Source: Eledone cirrhosa
Lineage: Eukaryota
DNA: 64,000 nucleotides
NCBI GenBank assembly: GCA_964016885.1
Contig: OZ024744.1
Coordinates: 65,596,001-65,660,000, forward strand
Reading direction: 5' to 3'
Shown here: in pieces, positions 38,585-51,931 of the stretch
How positions within the stretch are numbered: the first letter of the stretch is position 1
Layout: each line of letters opens with the position of its first letter
Position numbers and translations under genes: made by a program
The notes under the pieces: generated by a model
Told to the model about the DNA's origin: nothing
The model's database searches: none
The model's input: only the letters and a program-made list of their open reading frames with translations

Positions 38585-39184
38585 ATCATCATCATCATGA
38601 TTTAATGTCTATCTTCCATTCTAGCATTGATTAGAAGGGTTGTCCCATTTGAGGCAAGTTGGGTCAGGTGACTATGTGTACAGCTGGATGCCCTTCTTAA
38701 TGCCAACCACATTTACAGTGTGGGCTGGGTGCTTTTTGTCATGACACCTACATGATCACCTTACAGTGTTTGCTGGGTGATTTTTTGCTGTGACACCTAT
38801 ACAATCACTTTACTGTGAGGGTTGAGTGCTTTTTGTTGTGATATCTACATGCAGTGGCGGATTGGCCAGGCTGCAAGGTTGCCCACGGTAGCTTTGCAGT
38901 GGCCCACTGTAGTATTTTAGGGGCTAATGCTTTGCTTTAAAAAAAAAGAGAAAGCATAAATTAAAAAAACAAACAAATAAAACAATTAAGCAAAGCATTT
39001 GGTCAACCAATTCCCCAGGGAATTAATAGAAACAAAAATTATGATAGTGCAAACAGCTGGGATGAGTGGTTGTATATTCTACTAAATCTAAAGCTTAGTA
39101 TATTCATTCATGCATGCAAACATACATATATATACACACACATAAGCATATATATATATCATCATCATCATCGGACAGTATATA

Positions 39185-39218
<34 letters not shown>

Positions 39219-39263
39219 AATATCCAACGAAACAGCTTGAGCTCTGCCGTCGGGGTCATACAT

Positions 39264-39299
<36 letters not shown>

Positions 39300-39470
39300 A
39301 TATATACATTTATACATATATACTTACACATACACAGGAACGACTGACCAAATTTTTGGTATCAATGGGTTAAACACATCTGTCAAATCAATTAGTGATG
39401 AAGGTGGTATATATATATATATATATACACACACACATATCCATATACATACATATACATATATATATAT

Positions 39471-39548
<78 letters not shown>

Positions 39549-40040
39549 TCAATTAGATCCCTAGGGATTTTTGTACAAGTTGAAAACATGCTATATATAT
39601 ATATATACATATATATAAATCTATATATACACATGTACATGCACACATATACATACACTCCCATATATACACACATATATATATATATATATATTGAGTG
39701 AGCGTGAAAGACCAAGGGTGATATTGAAAGTCTCTGGGTTTCGCAAAATATATTTTTTTATTGGAGAAGGTAAGATATTTTTCCGCAAAAATTTGATTGC
39801 ACTGTTTTGTTTCCATTTTCTGAAAATGTTATTTATTCATTATAAAAATTAAATGATAGCATTCTATATGTAGTTGAGCCCCCTTCATCTACTGGCAACC
39901 AATATTTTAAGACCTAGTCCGCTACTGCCTACATGACCACTTTACTGTGTAGGATGGATGTTTTTTGTTGCGACACCTATACAACCACTTTACAGTGTAG
40001 GTGGGGTTTATTTTTGTCGTGACACCTACACGACTACACT
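38585..40040 (-). mobile_element. RTE 3'-UTR-type repeat with 48-bp modules, split by a hAT-like insertion
   Basis: (CAT)n, gctggatgcccttc, repeated acagtgtgggctgggtgctttttgt; the repeat resumes at 39928. Confidence 0.75.
38852..39927. mobile_element. Non-autonomous hAT-like DNA transposon inflated with microsatellites
   Basis: TIRs cagtggcggattgg / ctagtccgctactg; 8 bp TSD tctacatg (38844-38851) / cctacatg (39928-39935). Confidence 0.78.
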
Positions 40041-40169
40041 ATCCATATTCGGATTAGACTGCCATCCATCCTTTTAATGAACCCCCACCTCTGCGATGGA
40101 CTGGTGTCCTGTCCATGAACAGACCATCAGAGTCTTCATGCTTTTGTAGGCGTTTTCACATTATCCATA

Positions 40170-40505
40170 GCTGGCAAATTGGTAGAGTTATTAGAATGTT
40201 GGATAGAATACTTTATGGTATTCATTCAGATTCTTTGCTCTCTGAGTTCAAATCCTGCCAAGGTCAACTTTGTCATTCATCCTTTCGAGGTCAATAAAAA
40301 AGTACTAGTCTAGTACTGGGGCCGAATCTTCCTCTATATCTCTTTCTCATTTCCTCTCTCTCTCACTTTCTATCTTTCTCTGGAAGAAATCTGCTGTACT
40401 CAGGCCTGGAGAGGGATGGGCTCCGCCAGGTTTAAAATGCCCAAGAAACGTTATATGTCAATATGACGCCCCTACGACTCTATCAGGAGTTATGGGAACA
40501 TACAT
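40170..40505 (+). mobile_element. Composite SINE variant
   Basis: SINE head and core, a CT-rich linker, a distinct 3' module and a (CATA)n tail. Confidence 0.72.
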
Positions 40506-40599
40506 ACATACACATTATCCACTTATTACCCACAGACCAGATTAACAAAGATTGTAAGTAGAACTAAGAGTATTCTCCAGCTGTAGCTGTAAAACCATT

Positions 40600-41045
40600 G
40601 TATTCAGTTGATAAATATTATAGGAAATAAATACTTCAAGCTGAAAGTGTTTGTATTTGTGAACTCTTCAAATAACAGTGCTGCAGTGAGGAAGTACGGA
40701 GTAAATGAAAAGCTGTCGTCTGATTGGAAGAAATGTGACACCTCTCTGAAAATGATACCTAAGAAGAAAGATGTTGTAAGGGCCAGTTTCTGTCACTGGC
40801 CAGAATTGGAAAATTACTTAGAAGGCTGGACCAATGAAAACTGTAAAAAATATCTTTACAGTTACCAGAACTGGTATGTAGATTCATGCACTTAAATAAT
40901 CAAAAACATATCTAAGTGGATGTGAAGGTTTTAAAAGCAACTGTAAATTGGTGTTATTGCTTTAAGAAGGAAAAAGATTTTGAATTGTGACAGAAGAGTC
41001 AAATTGTTCAGAAACTCTCTGTAGACCTTGGAGTCAAAATTTAAA
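40600..41045 (+). pseudogene. pogo/Tigger-type transposase N-terminus (Brinker-like DBD + CENP-B HTH), decayed
   Basis: YFKLKV..NNSAAVRKYGVNEKLSSDWKK; WPELENYLEGW; GFKAT..WCYCFKK (out of frame); QIVQKL..DL. Confidence 0.7.
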
Positions 41046-41147
41046 ATATATAAAATATGTATGAGTTAATGTTTTAAAAAATTACTGTAAGCTATCTTAA
41101 AGATAAGGCTTTAATCATCAATACAATACGGTAACTTTCAAGTAAAC

Positions 41148-41333
41148 TGGATTGGCAGTATTGGTAGAGGGTCGGACTCAATGCTTTGACGTATAGAGTT
41201 ACGGCCCTTGCCATTCCGAGTTCAAATCCCGCCAAGGTTGACTTTGCCTTTCATCCTTACGAGGTCGATAAAATAAAGTACCAGTAATGCACTGGGTAAT
41301 TGCTGGCCTTGTGCCTAATGTAGAAACAATTAT
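41148..41333 (+). mobile_element. tRNA-derived SINE
   Basis: Family consensus match. Confidence 0.88.
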
Positions 41334-41789
41334 TTTAAAATAATGTTGTATAATATTGTAAAGTAATGATGTATATATTTTGTATTCAATAGACTACCAT
41401 TATGTATCATTAAGTTGTCATTACTCCTGTAGTGTATGATGTACGTCAGAGACCTTCCAACCTCTAAAAACCCAAACAGGGAGTACCATGAAAAAAAGTG
41501 CCCCAAATGGGGAGAAATGAAGCAAATGAGGAGATTTACATAATGAAAACTATACCCATTTTCACAAAAGAAGATATCTTTCACCCACCCCAAACAGAAC
41601 CATTTTTGTGGCTACTTAAGGAAAATTTGAAACAGAAAATTTGTCCTGTTATATTTTATACAAATTTGCAAATCTCACTTACTATCATAAGATTATACAT
41701 TTTGATGAAAAATATATTATGCAAATACAATTTAATAGAAAAGGAAAAAAAATTTAGAATGGAATGTAAAATAAGAAAATATTTTTAAA

Positions 41790-42035
41790 AATGAAAAGGA
41801 GGGGAATGGCAATGGCTCTAGTGTCACAGACAAATGAGGAGGAGGAGGGAGAGGATGATTGTGCTCTGGGCCTTCGGCGCAGTGGTAATTGGGCTGCACC
41901 CTACAGACATGACCGCAAAAGCATTCCTGGCCAGCGACACCCGCTGCAACAGTCACCCCACTTTGTGGGGTTCCTTCCTGAGACGAGATACCGCCATTCC
42001 GTGAGAAAAAAAAAAAAGAAGCAACTTCTCAGCTA
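41790..42035 (-). mobile_element. CRE-clade retrotransposon 3' end
   Basis: The minus strand reads LQRVSLARNAFAVMSVG; homologous to 61380-61560. Confidence 0.6.
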
Positions 42036-42335
42036 CATTGTAGGTAAGCATTATAATTGGTGGAAATCATGCCTCCCCCATCTCGTCTTGCATTTGGCTT
42101 ACTGTGCCTCTTCCCCAGGATGTAATGGCACTTTTGAGTCATTGTGTTTGAGACCTCAGGCTCATATGAAACATGCAAATCCTGAACATCAATCCTTCTA
42201 TTACCAATACAAACCCACCTTTGGTTCTATGCCTGTTTTAAAATGTTCTTTAAAGCCTTGCAACATAATTTTATGAGAGAACTTTTTATGAAGTAATCTC
42301 CTAAATATCAGCTTGATGATGAAAAAGTTAGTTAT

Positions 42336-42750
42336 TTAACCCTTTAGCATTTACATTAGTGGATTGGCAGTATCGGTAGAGGGTCGGAAGCCATGCTTTC
42401 CAGCATAGTTACGTCCCTTTACGATTTGAGTTCAAATCCCGCCGAGGTTGACTTTGCCTTTCATCTTTACGGGGTCGATAAAATAAAGTACCAGTAATGC
42501 ACTGGGTAATTGCTGGCCTTGTGCCTAAAGTAGAAACAATTACTCTATATTTAGTATTATATATTTTTACAGTAAAGACTTTACCTTACATAATTATCTC
42601 ACATAATATCGAATCTATGAGATTTTGATATTGTTTATTTTGAGAACAATACCTTAATATCAGTATGAGTGGCTGGTTGCAGCTGGATTGAACAGAAAGA
42701 GCTGAGAGAATTCTGGCCGAATACAGCCAGTTTAAATATTAAAGGGTTAT
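42336..42750 (+). mobile_element. piggyBac-type MITE containing a tRNA-SINE (42359-42542)
   Basis: MITE TIRs at both ends; the SINE is inserted at atta. Confidence 0.85.
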
Positions 42751-43774
42751 CTAAATTCCCTTAATATATTCTTCTTCCTCTTCTTCTTCTTCTTCTTCCG
42801 CCCACCTCTCTTTTTCTGATTACTGAATGGTGAGGCTGGCGCACTACTGCACCAGCTCCTGCAATTCTTGCACTTAATTCAGCCTCCTGCCTTCCATTAC
42901 TTGTGAACACTATATATTTCCTTCAAAATTACTTGAAACACAAACAATATATATTTTATTAGAAATTTGGTAATGAAAAAGTTAAATGTTATGTTAAATA
43001 CAACTATTATTTTTGCAACACTCATTAGCTATAAATGTTTACATCCTAGTAAATCACAATCTATTAGGATATCCTGAAATAGAGCAGATGACACATATGC
43101 TGTAGTTGTCTGACTGGTCACCTGGGTTAAATTACATTCCGGTCAGTGTTTACAGTGGGTGTATCAGCTGTTGGAGAAGGCATGGATTTTAGCATTAATA
43201 TAATACTGAATTTCTATCACTTTGCCAGCGTGGAAAAATGGACATTAAATGGTGATGATGATGAGGATGATGATGATTTTATTATTTTATATTGATTTCT
43301 AATTTAGGTACATGTCCAGCAAATATGATCAATCCTAGTGTTTTACCGGTAATTTGTTTTATTTGGGGCTTGGGGCTTTGCTGGAAGTATAAGGGCCAAT
43401 GATGTCATGGAGATGAAGGGCCTTGCTGGAAGCAGAAGGGGGCAATGATATCACATAACAGGAAGCAGGAAGTAGCAGCAGAATCAAGGGCTCTCTTTCT
43501 CTCGCTCTCTCCCACAACAATCATTTGAGGAAACAGGTTGGTGTTTTTTGCTCCATACATTGGGATTATATGGTTATATTTTCTGGCAAGAGAGTAGAGT
43601 CAGGCTGGGCACTGGCGGACATGGATATACCCCATTCTGGACAAGATTAATCAGTGAGACACCCTGTGAGATATGTGAGCTACTTAAAATGTAAAGACCC
43701 AGAACAAATACAGCAATGACATTTTATCTGATGCTCTACCAAGTCTACTAATCCACCATCCTGACAATAAAAAG

Positions 43775-44580
43775 TCTCCCTCTAAGAATGAAAGGTCAAG
43801 CTGTATGATGCCTGTGTGTGATGCGTGATGTTGCATGGTAGTAAGATATGAGCAGTTATTGCAGAGGATATACAGAAGCTGGAGAGACATGAAGTAAGCA
43901 TGTTTCAATGGATTTATCATGATAATCTATATTATAATAAGAGCGCTATCTGTTGTCTGTCCATCTATCCATCCATCCATCTACCCCTCCATCCGTCACA
44001 CTCACTTTATATAGAGAGGGGGAGCGTCAAGCAAGAGATATGTACATAGATAGAGAGAGAAAAGGGAATGTTGTGTGTTTTCAAGGTGACAGAAAAAGGT
44101 AGTTAGATAGTTACGACGTCACCCTCATCTATGTAGAGAGATGGAGGCATCAAGCGAAAGAGATGAACTTAGATAGAGAGAAAAAAGGAACGTCATTTGT
44201 TAGCGAGATATAGTGTGTGTGTGTGTGTGTGTGTAACAGAAAAAGAGAGAAGACAACATCATCCTCATCTAGTATACATAAAAGACAAAGCATAGATATG
44301 TTGAGAGAAAAACTGAGTATAAGAGGAATCAAATGTGGTGTACAGGAGAGAAGGCAATGCTGGTATGAAATTGTGATGGATATAGTTGAGGACCATTGGA
44401 TGAAGTGCCAAAGAATTCCAGTGGAAGGGGTGGCTAGAAGTTGTGAGAGCTGATCTCAAATCACTGAAACTCACAGAAGAGATAACAAAGGTCCATGACA
44501 AGTGGATGATTGGTGTGCTGAAAAAGACCTGTCCAACCCATGCAGTCTGGAACAGCAGATGTGAAACAATGATGATGATA
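43775..44580 (+). mobile_element. RTE LINE 3' fragment split by a Helitron
   Basis: LYDACV..LHGS; DMLREKLSIRGIKCGVQERR..WY; LKLTEEITK. Confidence 0.75.
43926..44272 (+). mobile_element. Non-autonomous Helitron
   Basis: Starts A|TCtatattataataag, ends CTAG|T, no TSD, internal (CCAT)n. Removing it restores the RTE sequence. Confidence 0.72.
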
Positions 44581-44584
44581 ATAA

Positions 44585-44990
44585 TAATCATTTCCATCAT
44601 CATCATCATCATCATCATTATCATTGTTCAACGTCCATTTTCCATGCTAGCATGGGTAGGATGGGCTGTCCTATTGTTTCACTCACGCAACTGATTTTGG
44701 CTAGATTTCTACAACTGGATACCCTTCCTAATGCCAACCACATTTACAGTGTGTCCTGGGTGCTTTTTGTTGTGACAGCTACACAACCACTTTACAGTGT
44801 GGACTGGGCACCTTTTGTTGTGACACCTGCATGACCACTTTACTGTGTGAACTGGGCACTTTTTGTTGTGTTGCCAACTCAACCATTTTATAGTGTTGGC
44901 TGGACACTTTTGTCATAACACCTACACGACCACTTTACAGTGTTTGAGCTGGGTGTTTCTGTTGTGGCTCCAGAGGTACCACTTTATGGG
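44585..44990 (-). mobile_element. RTE 3'-UTR-type repeat with about 5-6 48-bp modules
   Basis: ttccatgctagcatggg, gatacccttcctaatgccaacc, repeated ccactttacagtgt..ctggg..ttttgttgtgacac. Confidence 0.75.
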
Positions 44991-45750
44991 TGGTTTTGAG
45001 GACTTGGGTGGGGTGGAAGTGTGGAAAATGCCTAGGGAATTAGAGAGGTAGGTATATGTGTTAATTAATAACTAAATATTAATTAATTAAATATTTACAT
45101 GTAACAAGAGTTTTTGTTTGAAAGACAAATATGTGACAAACTTCTGGAGTTATGGTAAATTGTTAGGAGTAATGTTCCACTGGTTGGCCACTATGTGGTA
45201 AAAGTTTACATTTTATCCTTGCTGTATAAGTTGACCCTTAGTTTTGAAGAGAATTTTCACAGGTTTAAAATGTCAACTTGTATACAGCAATTTACAGAGG
45301 TATTTTTTTTTTTTTTACATTGTTTATAGCTTCCTTCATAAAGGCCACCCACATTATCCTTTCAAACCTATACCCATAATATTTGTCATTTATACTGTGT
45401 TTTGCAATGTCACCTTTAGTTGTGTGATCAGAGAATGTCAGTGATGTAATAAATAAATATCTATATCTATCTTATATATATATATATACATATATGTGTA
45501 TGTGTGTATGTGTGTGCAAAAGGTATGTTTATATATATATATATGTGTATGTGTGTGTATGCAAAAGATATATATATATACATAAAGCGAGAGAGGGGTG
45601 GGTGGGAGGGGGGAAAAGAAAGAGTGATAGATAGAAAACATTAAAAATTGTCCATGATTAGATTTTTCTTTTAGATATTCAGTAACCAATTACAATAATT
45701 ATTCCATTTTACACAGAAAATCAATGGTCAGTGGTGTCATGAGGATAGAT

Positions 45751-46184
45751 TTAACCCTTTATCATTTAAGCCAGCTGTAGCCGGCCAGAATTCTCTCACA
45801 ACTTTCTGATCAAACCAGCCATAACTAGCCACTCATACTGATGTTAAGGTATTGTTCTCAAAATAAATAATATCAAAACCTTATAGATTCAATATCATGT
45901 GAGATTGTTTTTTGGAAAATATCCCTGAATAATCCCATGTAACTAAAAGTGGACTAGGCGAAATTCTATAAATAAGAACTGAAATGAACTGTTACGGGAA
46001 CAGTGAGTACAGAGTCTTGTTGTAGTCTCTCATTGGTAGTTCGGAATTACGCCTGGTGAATACCTTGGGTTATATCCTCGGTTTGTACAAATATACAAAA
46101 CAGGTGTGTCACACCATTATAACAGAGGTAATTATGTGAAAATATAATAGCAAATAAAGAGTAATGTAAATGATAAAGGGTTAA
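45751..46184 (-). mobile_element. piggyBac-type MITE containing a solo LTR
   Basis: TTAA-ccctttatcattta ... taaatgataaaggg-TTAA. Confidence 0.82.
45906..46124 (+). mobile_element. Solo LTR (219 bp)
   Basis: TGTT...AACA termini, 5 bp TSD gagat/gaggt, internal TATA-like tctataaataag; interrupts the MITE consensus. Confidence 0.68.
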
Positions 46185-46374
46185 AGAACAAAAGGTAATA
46201 GACTCAATCTTTTAATCAGTTTTACACCAAAACAAAAATATGGCTAGTAAACTACTTTTCTATGGTCTGCAGTGGAACAATTTTGGGGACTAATTAAAGA
46301 AAATTTTAAATGGAAAATTGAAATTTGTTTCTCTACATTTTATACTAATTCATATATACCACTGATTCAGTAAT

Positions 46375-46912
46375 GTACCAGCTTCAGCGTTAAATAATCA
46401 GAAGAAGGGAGGTAGGCATGAAAATCAAACTTGCTATCTTCAATTCGGTTTTCATACCAACACTTACCTATGGTCATGAATCTTGGATAATGACCGAAAG
46501 AATACAATCGCGAATACAAGCGGCTGAAATGGGATTCCTCCGCAAGGTCTTTAGAGTAACATTACTCAATAGAGTGCATAGCTCAGAGATCAGAGAGTCA
46601 CTCCAGGTAGAGCTGCTACTTCTCCAAATTGAGAGATCACAACTCCAATACTATGGCCATGTGGTTAGAATGTCTCAGGAAAGAATCACTGGACAGATTT
46701 TATGGGCAAAAACCAACCAGCAGGTGACCCAGGGGTAGACCTTAAGCAAGATGGCTGGATAACATCCATGAGCTTGGCTAGTCTTGCTTGGGGATCCAGC
46801 TGGATCAGTTAGAGGTGGTTGCTTCTGACAGGCCCCACTGGAAGGAATGTTTGAGGACTCTGCCCCCACAACCCTCTCAGGAATAAATGGATGAAAAAGA
46901 AAAAGAAGAAAT
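46375..46912 (+). mobile_element. RTE (Expander/Rex3-like) 3' end
   Basis: KLAIFNSVFIPTLTYGHESWIMTERIQSRIQAAEMGFLRKV..IERSQLQYYGHVVRM. Confidence 0.85.
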
Positions 46913-47085
46913 AAATAGATACCTATCAGCTGTATTGCAGATTAGCGTTATAACTGGTAGAAATCACACCCCGCCCACACATCATCTCACTTTTGACTTG
47001 TGCAAAATGACAGGGCCTCTTTACTTATTGGGATGGATTTCAAATGAGGGTACATGTATCTATGCATGTTTAGCACTATATAAAA

Positions 47086-47262
47086 TAATTGTTTCTACTA
47101 TTGGTACAAGGCCAGCAATTACCCTAGTACATTACTGGTACTTTATTTTATAGACCCCGCAAAGTGAACCTCGGCGGGATTTGAACTCACACCATAAAGG
47201 GGCGTAACTCTATACTGCAAAGCATGGCGTCCGATCTTCTGCTGATACTGCCAATCCTCCGC
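47086..47262 (-). mobile_element. tRNA-derived SINE
   Basis: Family consensus match. Confidence 0.85.
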
Positions 47263-47959
47263 AGTATATAAAATAATGATAATAATATTTGTATCAACAA
47301 CAGTCACCAATATAGCAGTTTAATTAATTGTTACCAGTTTAGCAGAAAATAATATTATGCCATGTAATAATAATATCAAAGATGATAATAATATTGATAT
47401 ATATTTTGTTGTAGCAGGAAAGGTATGGTTTTGTTATATCAATAAATGTTAGTTGAATTGAGGTTCGGCTGTAAGTCCCAGGTTCTGTTGCTGCAGTGAT
47501 AATAACTCTGGAAAGGATCTTTCCATATCACATTTAAAGGCTATGGCTGTGGTAATAGCATCACAAAACTTTACAATATTTTACATAATTTATTTACAAA
47601 CCGATTACAAAGAGTTAAGTTGAGTTGACATGTCAAACAAAAGAATTAACAAATTAAGAGTTTAGAAGGTATGGTCGACTGGCTGAAGTGCTGGCCAGGC
47701 CATAGTTGTTGTTTGTTGTCGTTACATATTGGCTAGTGGTCGAACGGCAAAAGAAAAATGGTGTTTACCTTTCCATAATTAAAGCAGCAAGAGAAAGTAT
47801 ATCAAAAGAAAGCAGGAAAATCTCTGTTTTGGCGGAAGTTGGTAATATATATCTGTGCGTGGCTCATGATTGGCCTGACTTAGCCAAATCATGCACGCAT
47901 AGCCTATCAATGCGCCAAAGGCAAGTAGCTTGCTACACATGCATGTCCTCATGTGCTGC

Positions 47960-48205
47960 AAGCAGTGCAATGGTGTTTCATGGTGTGAAGCGACTGAGAG
48001 TAAATGACTCCCTCCTGGACAGGATGCCAGTCCATTGTAGGGTTAAACCCCCAGCTATTGCTGGTACTCATTTTCAGCTGAGTATACTGGAGCAATGTGA
48101 AATGAAGTGTTTTGCTCAAAAACACTACGCGCAAACAAGCCCAGGAATCAAACCCACAACATTATGCCATAAGTCCAACACCCTTACCACTAGGCCAGAT
48201 GCCTT
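47960..48205 (-). mobile_element. Second tRNA-derived SINE family with a V-domain-like segment (also 49330-49520 and 61178-61315)
   Basis: Minus strand: tggcctagtggtaagg (A box), ggtttgattcc (B box), cacttcatttcacattgctccag, ccctacaatggactggcatcctgtccagg. Confidence 0.7.
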
Positions 48206-50189
48206 CAATGAGCTCATGTGAAACCCAGCTTTTCTGGCCAGAAAGAGGCCCCATCATTTTGCCCATCTACATATGTGACTTCATTGCTCCTGTTACTTCC
48301 AGCATATCACACATAACTTCACATTCACTAATGTCTCTTGCACTTTTTTATACATTAATTATGACAAAAAAGCACCCAGCTCACATTATAAATGTGGTTA
48401 GCATTAGGAAGGGCACCTAGCCGTAGAAATCAAACAGAAACAGTCCTGTATGAGTAAGACATGGTCTCCTGACCCAACTGACTTCAAATGGGACAACCCC
48501 TCTAAACCTAGTGCTAGCGTGGAAAATGGACGTTAAACAATGATGATGATAATTACCATCTTACTATCATTTTCAGAAATATGTACTGCAATTTCATTTC
48601 TCCTAAAAATTTTACAATCCATTCAACCTAGACATTCATCTATGTTCAACCTGAATAACCTACATCAGATATGTTCAAACTAAACAGCCATATTAAATAT
48701 GTACAGATCTTCCTATTTAACATGAAAAGAGACACTGATAACATTTCTTGATGGAAACATGACAGCCTAATCTTTATCAATCATTACCCATATCAAGTAG
48801 AAAACAATTTTTATACCTCACCTTCTCTCGTCATAGACACAGCAAACAAATAAACCACTTCAAAGTCTCTTCAAATCTAGGTCTCACAATTGCTGATGAT
48901 CTCTCATGGCAAACGCATCATCATCATCATCATCATCATCATCGTTTAATGTTCCCTTTCCACGCTAGCATGGGTTAGACGGGTTGTCCCATTTGAGGCA
49001 AGTTGGGCCAGGTGACCATGTCTTGCTCATATAGAACTGTTTTTGATATATAGCAATGTTAAATATATAAATATTTCATATATATATAGCAATGTTAAAA
49101 CTTCAACTAAAAATAAAACAATTGGTCATTCTATTGATTAGCAAAGACTCACACAGCAATGAATCACATGTACTGTCTTTCCTCTCTGTCTTATCAATCA
49201 CTGTTGTAAAGGTTTCTGCTCATTTGAACTAACAAACTGAATACCACCCCAGCCAAGATACACCTGTCTAACTTCCATTCATCACCCTTACTTCATTTCA
49301 CTCTACAAAAAAGTATTTCTTAAACTAGAAGGCCTGTTAGGCCAAAGCTTATCTCAGTTTCATGGCATGAAGCAACTGATAATACAAGACTCCCCCATGG
49401 ACAGGACACCAATCCATCACAGGGTTAAACCCCCAGCTATTGCTGGTACTTATTTTTAGCTGAGTATACAACATTATAATTATAAGTCCAACACCCTTAC
49501 CACAAGGCCACACACTTCTACATTAACTCTTAACATCTTGTAATAATTTAATAGAAAATATCTAAAAACAGGATTGTTAATTCAAATGTTTATAGTATAT
49601 TTACTAGTGGACAGATTGTTGTGGAAATTTACTGCATTAAAGTAAAGACTTCAATTTTTAATGTGATACAATCATAATGCTGTTTTGGACTTTTCAAGAA
49701 TGTGGTATAGGACATTAAGAGTTAACTCAATCCTTTCTACTCATACCAAAATCTTCAGAAACTCCCTCCTTTCCCATATTTTCCCTACAAGCATCAAACT
49801 ATATACATTTAAACTAGACCTGAACCAATATCAACCAACTCCACAAGTCTAGAAGAGCCTGTAAAAGCCAAGATCCATTTTCTAAAATAATATAGGCCCC
49901 AGGCTAGAAATTTGGTGTGAGGTGACTGTCAGTTATTGACACTAGAAGTATCAACCTTGGAAAGACAAAATCCAAAGCTGACCTCGATAGAATATGAACT
50001 CAGTATTTAAGGATTTGGTAAAAAAAACAAAAACTGCTAGATATTTTGTCCGGTGTTCAGTGTTCAAAATGATTCTGCCAATCCAGCAATGGAGAGAGCA
50101 GGAGAGATGAAGGCTGTGACAGTGGGAGTTTGGTTCCTTTGTGTTCAGACCTGACATATATCTATATGTTTCATAGACACACACTCACA

Positions 50190-50640
50190 CTGTTAAATAA
50201 TTAAGAAGTGGTCATGGATTAAGTTGATACCATACGTGTCCCATTGCACAATCTTGACTGATCCAGGTTTCTGGGAAGCATGGTGACTGTACCCTTCTTC
50301 AATTTAAACCGGCTGTATCTGGTCAGAATTCTCTCACCTCTTTCTGTTCAAATCTGCTGTAACTGGCCACTCATACTGATGTTAAGGTATTGTTCTCAAA
50401 ATAAATAATATCAAAATCTCATAGATTCAATATTTCGTGAGTTACTTATGTAAGTAAAGCCTTTACCATGAAAATACAATAGTGTATATAAAGTAATGTA
50501 AATTCTAAAGGGTTAAGGTTGTGTGGCTGCATACCTGAATGAATATCATCATCTTCATTGACAACTTTGTCGATAATATTTAAACAATTGTAAACTACTA
50601 TTGCATAAAAAGCAAGTCCGTCATCACCAATGTTATGTTT
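50190..50640 (-). pseudogene. Helitron RepHel PIF1-helicase fragment interrupted by a piggyBac MITE (50303-50516)
   Basis: SGMQPHNL|KLKKGTVTMLPRNLDQSRLCNGTRMV resembles the PIF1 motif SGxPPHxLxLKxG..MLLRNL..GLCNGTRL. Confidence 0.72.
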
Positions 50641-51350
50641 TGCTTTGTGAACAACTATTTAACTATTTTCATAGCAGGTAAACCACTAAACCACTGAACT
50701 ACTAAACCAGAATGCCTTGCTTTTCTTTATCTATTGTTATTTTCTGTTTTATATACTGTAGTCAATAAAAGCAGAAGTGAAATGAGATTTGTAAACAAGG
50801 GTACATTGTACATTGTTGTTGGAAATGTTTGTTTGTACTTTTTCTTCACAGATTAATAGGTTTTTTCCACCCTTGTCATTCATTCAACTGTGAAGTGTGT
50901 TTGTTACTCATACTTCACATATTTCACAAGAAAATATTTGAGGTTTTATCTACAAACAAACACACTTTTACATAAACCAGCAGAAGAGTTTTTTTTTCTT
51001 AAATGATTTTACTTTTTATTTTTGTGTTATTCAAGGGGAAGGAAGAAGACGGAGCCCATAAACTTTACAGGTGTTTTTAGCTTGTTGAGATCCTTGTAGT
51101 TGAATGTTCAGTTTGAATATTTGTAAGATTAAGAAAATGACACTCATTTATAGGCATTATGAAGGGATCAAATAGAATAGAGGATTAAGAAAGGATCAGC
51201 TGGAATCAGTGACTCATTTGCTTAGCTGTTGAACTATTAACAACAATAACAACAACAAATATAACAATAATAATAATGACAATAATAATTCCTTATTTCT
51301 TTATTTATAACAACAACAATAATAACAATAACAATAATAATAACAATAAT

Positions 51351-51383
<33 letters not shown>

Positions 51384-51424
51384 TAACAACAACAACGACA
51401 ACAACAACAATAATGATAATGATT

Positions 51425-51560
51425 TCTTTATTGGCCACTAGGGCCGACAATACAAAAAGACAGGGACAGTGGGGGGTTTACAAGAAAATCGAGTAAAAAA
51501 CAAATTAACAAAAACAATTAACAAAAATTCCTCATTAGGGGGGAAGAACCACCTGTGATC
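51425..51560 (-). mobile_element. 3' tail of the Tx1-type LINE (another at about 52993-53065)
   Basis: Matches 4765-4905. Confidence 0.75.
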
Positions 51561-51674
51561 CCAAACCCTGCCATTAGATATAGTAACTTTAACTTTGCCT
51601 CAATTAGCCCAGCTAAAAAAAAAAATAAGTGACAGTCTTATTTCCCTCTTGTTAGAAAGATGGTATACTTGTAA

Positions 51675-51834
51675 AACTACTACAACTACTATTACTGCTA
51701 TTACTAAAGCTAAAGGTCCTGCTGCTGCTGCTGCTGCCGCTGCTGCTGCTGCTACTACTACTACTACTACTGCTGGACACCGCCGCTTCCGCTGCTGCTT
51801 CTACTACTACTGCTATCACTACCACCACCACCAT

Positions 51835-51893
<59 letters not shown>

Positions 51894-51899
51894 TTACTA

Positions 51900-51931
<32 letters not shown>

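Noticed and set aside
47548-47937. Solo-LTR-like segments (also about 37630-37950, 43360-43680, 56445-56960, 63349-63560)
   Set aside because: TG..CA-like ends or LTR-like composition, but no convincing TSD or second copy in the window.
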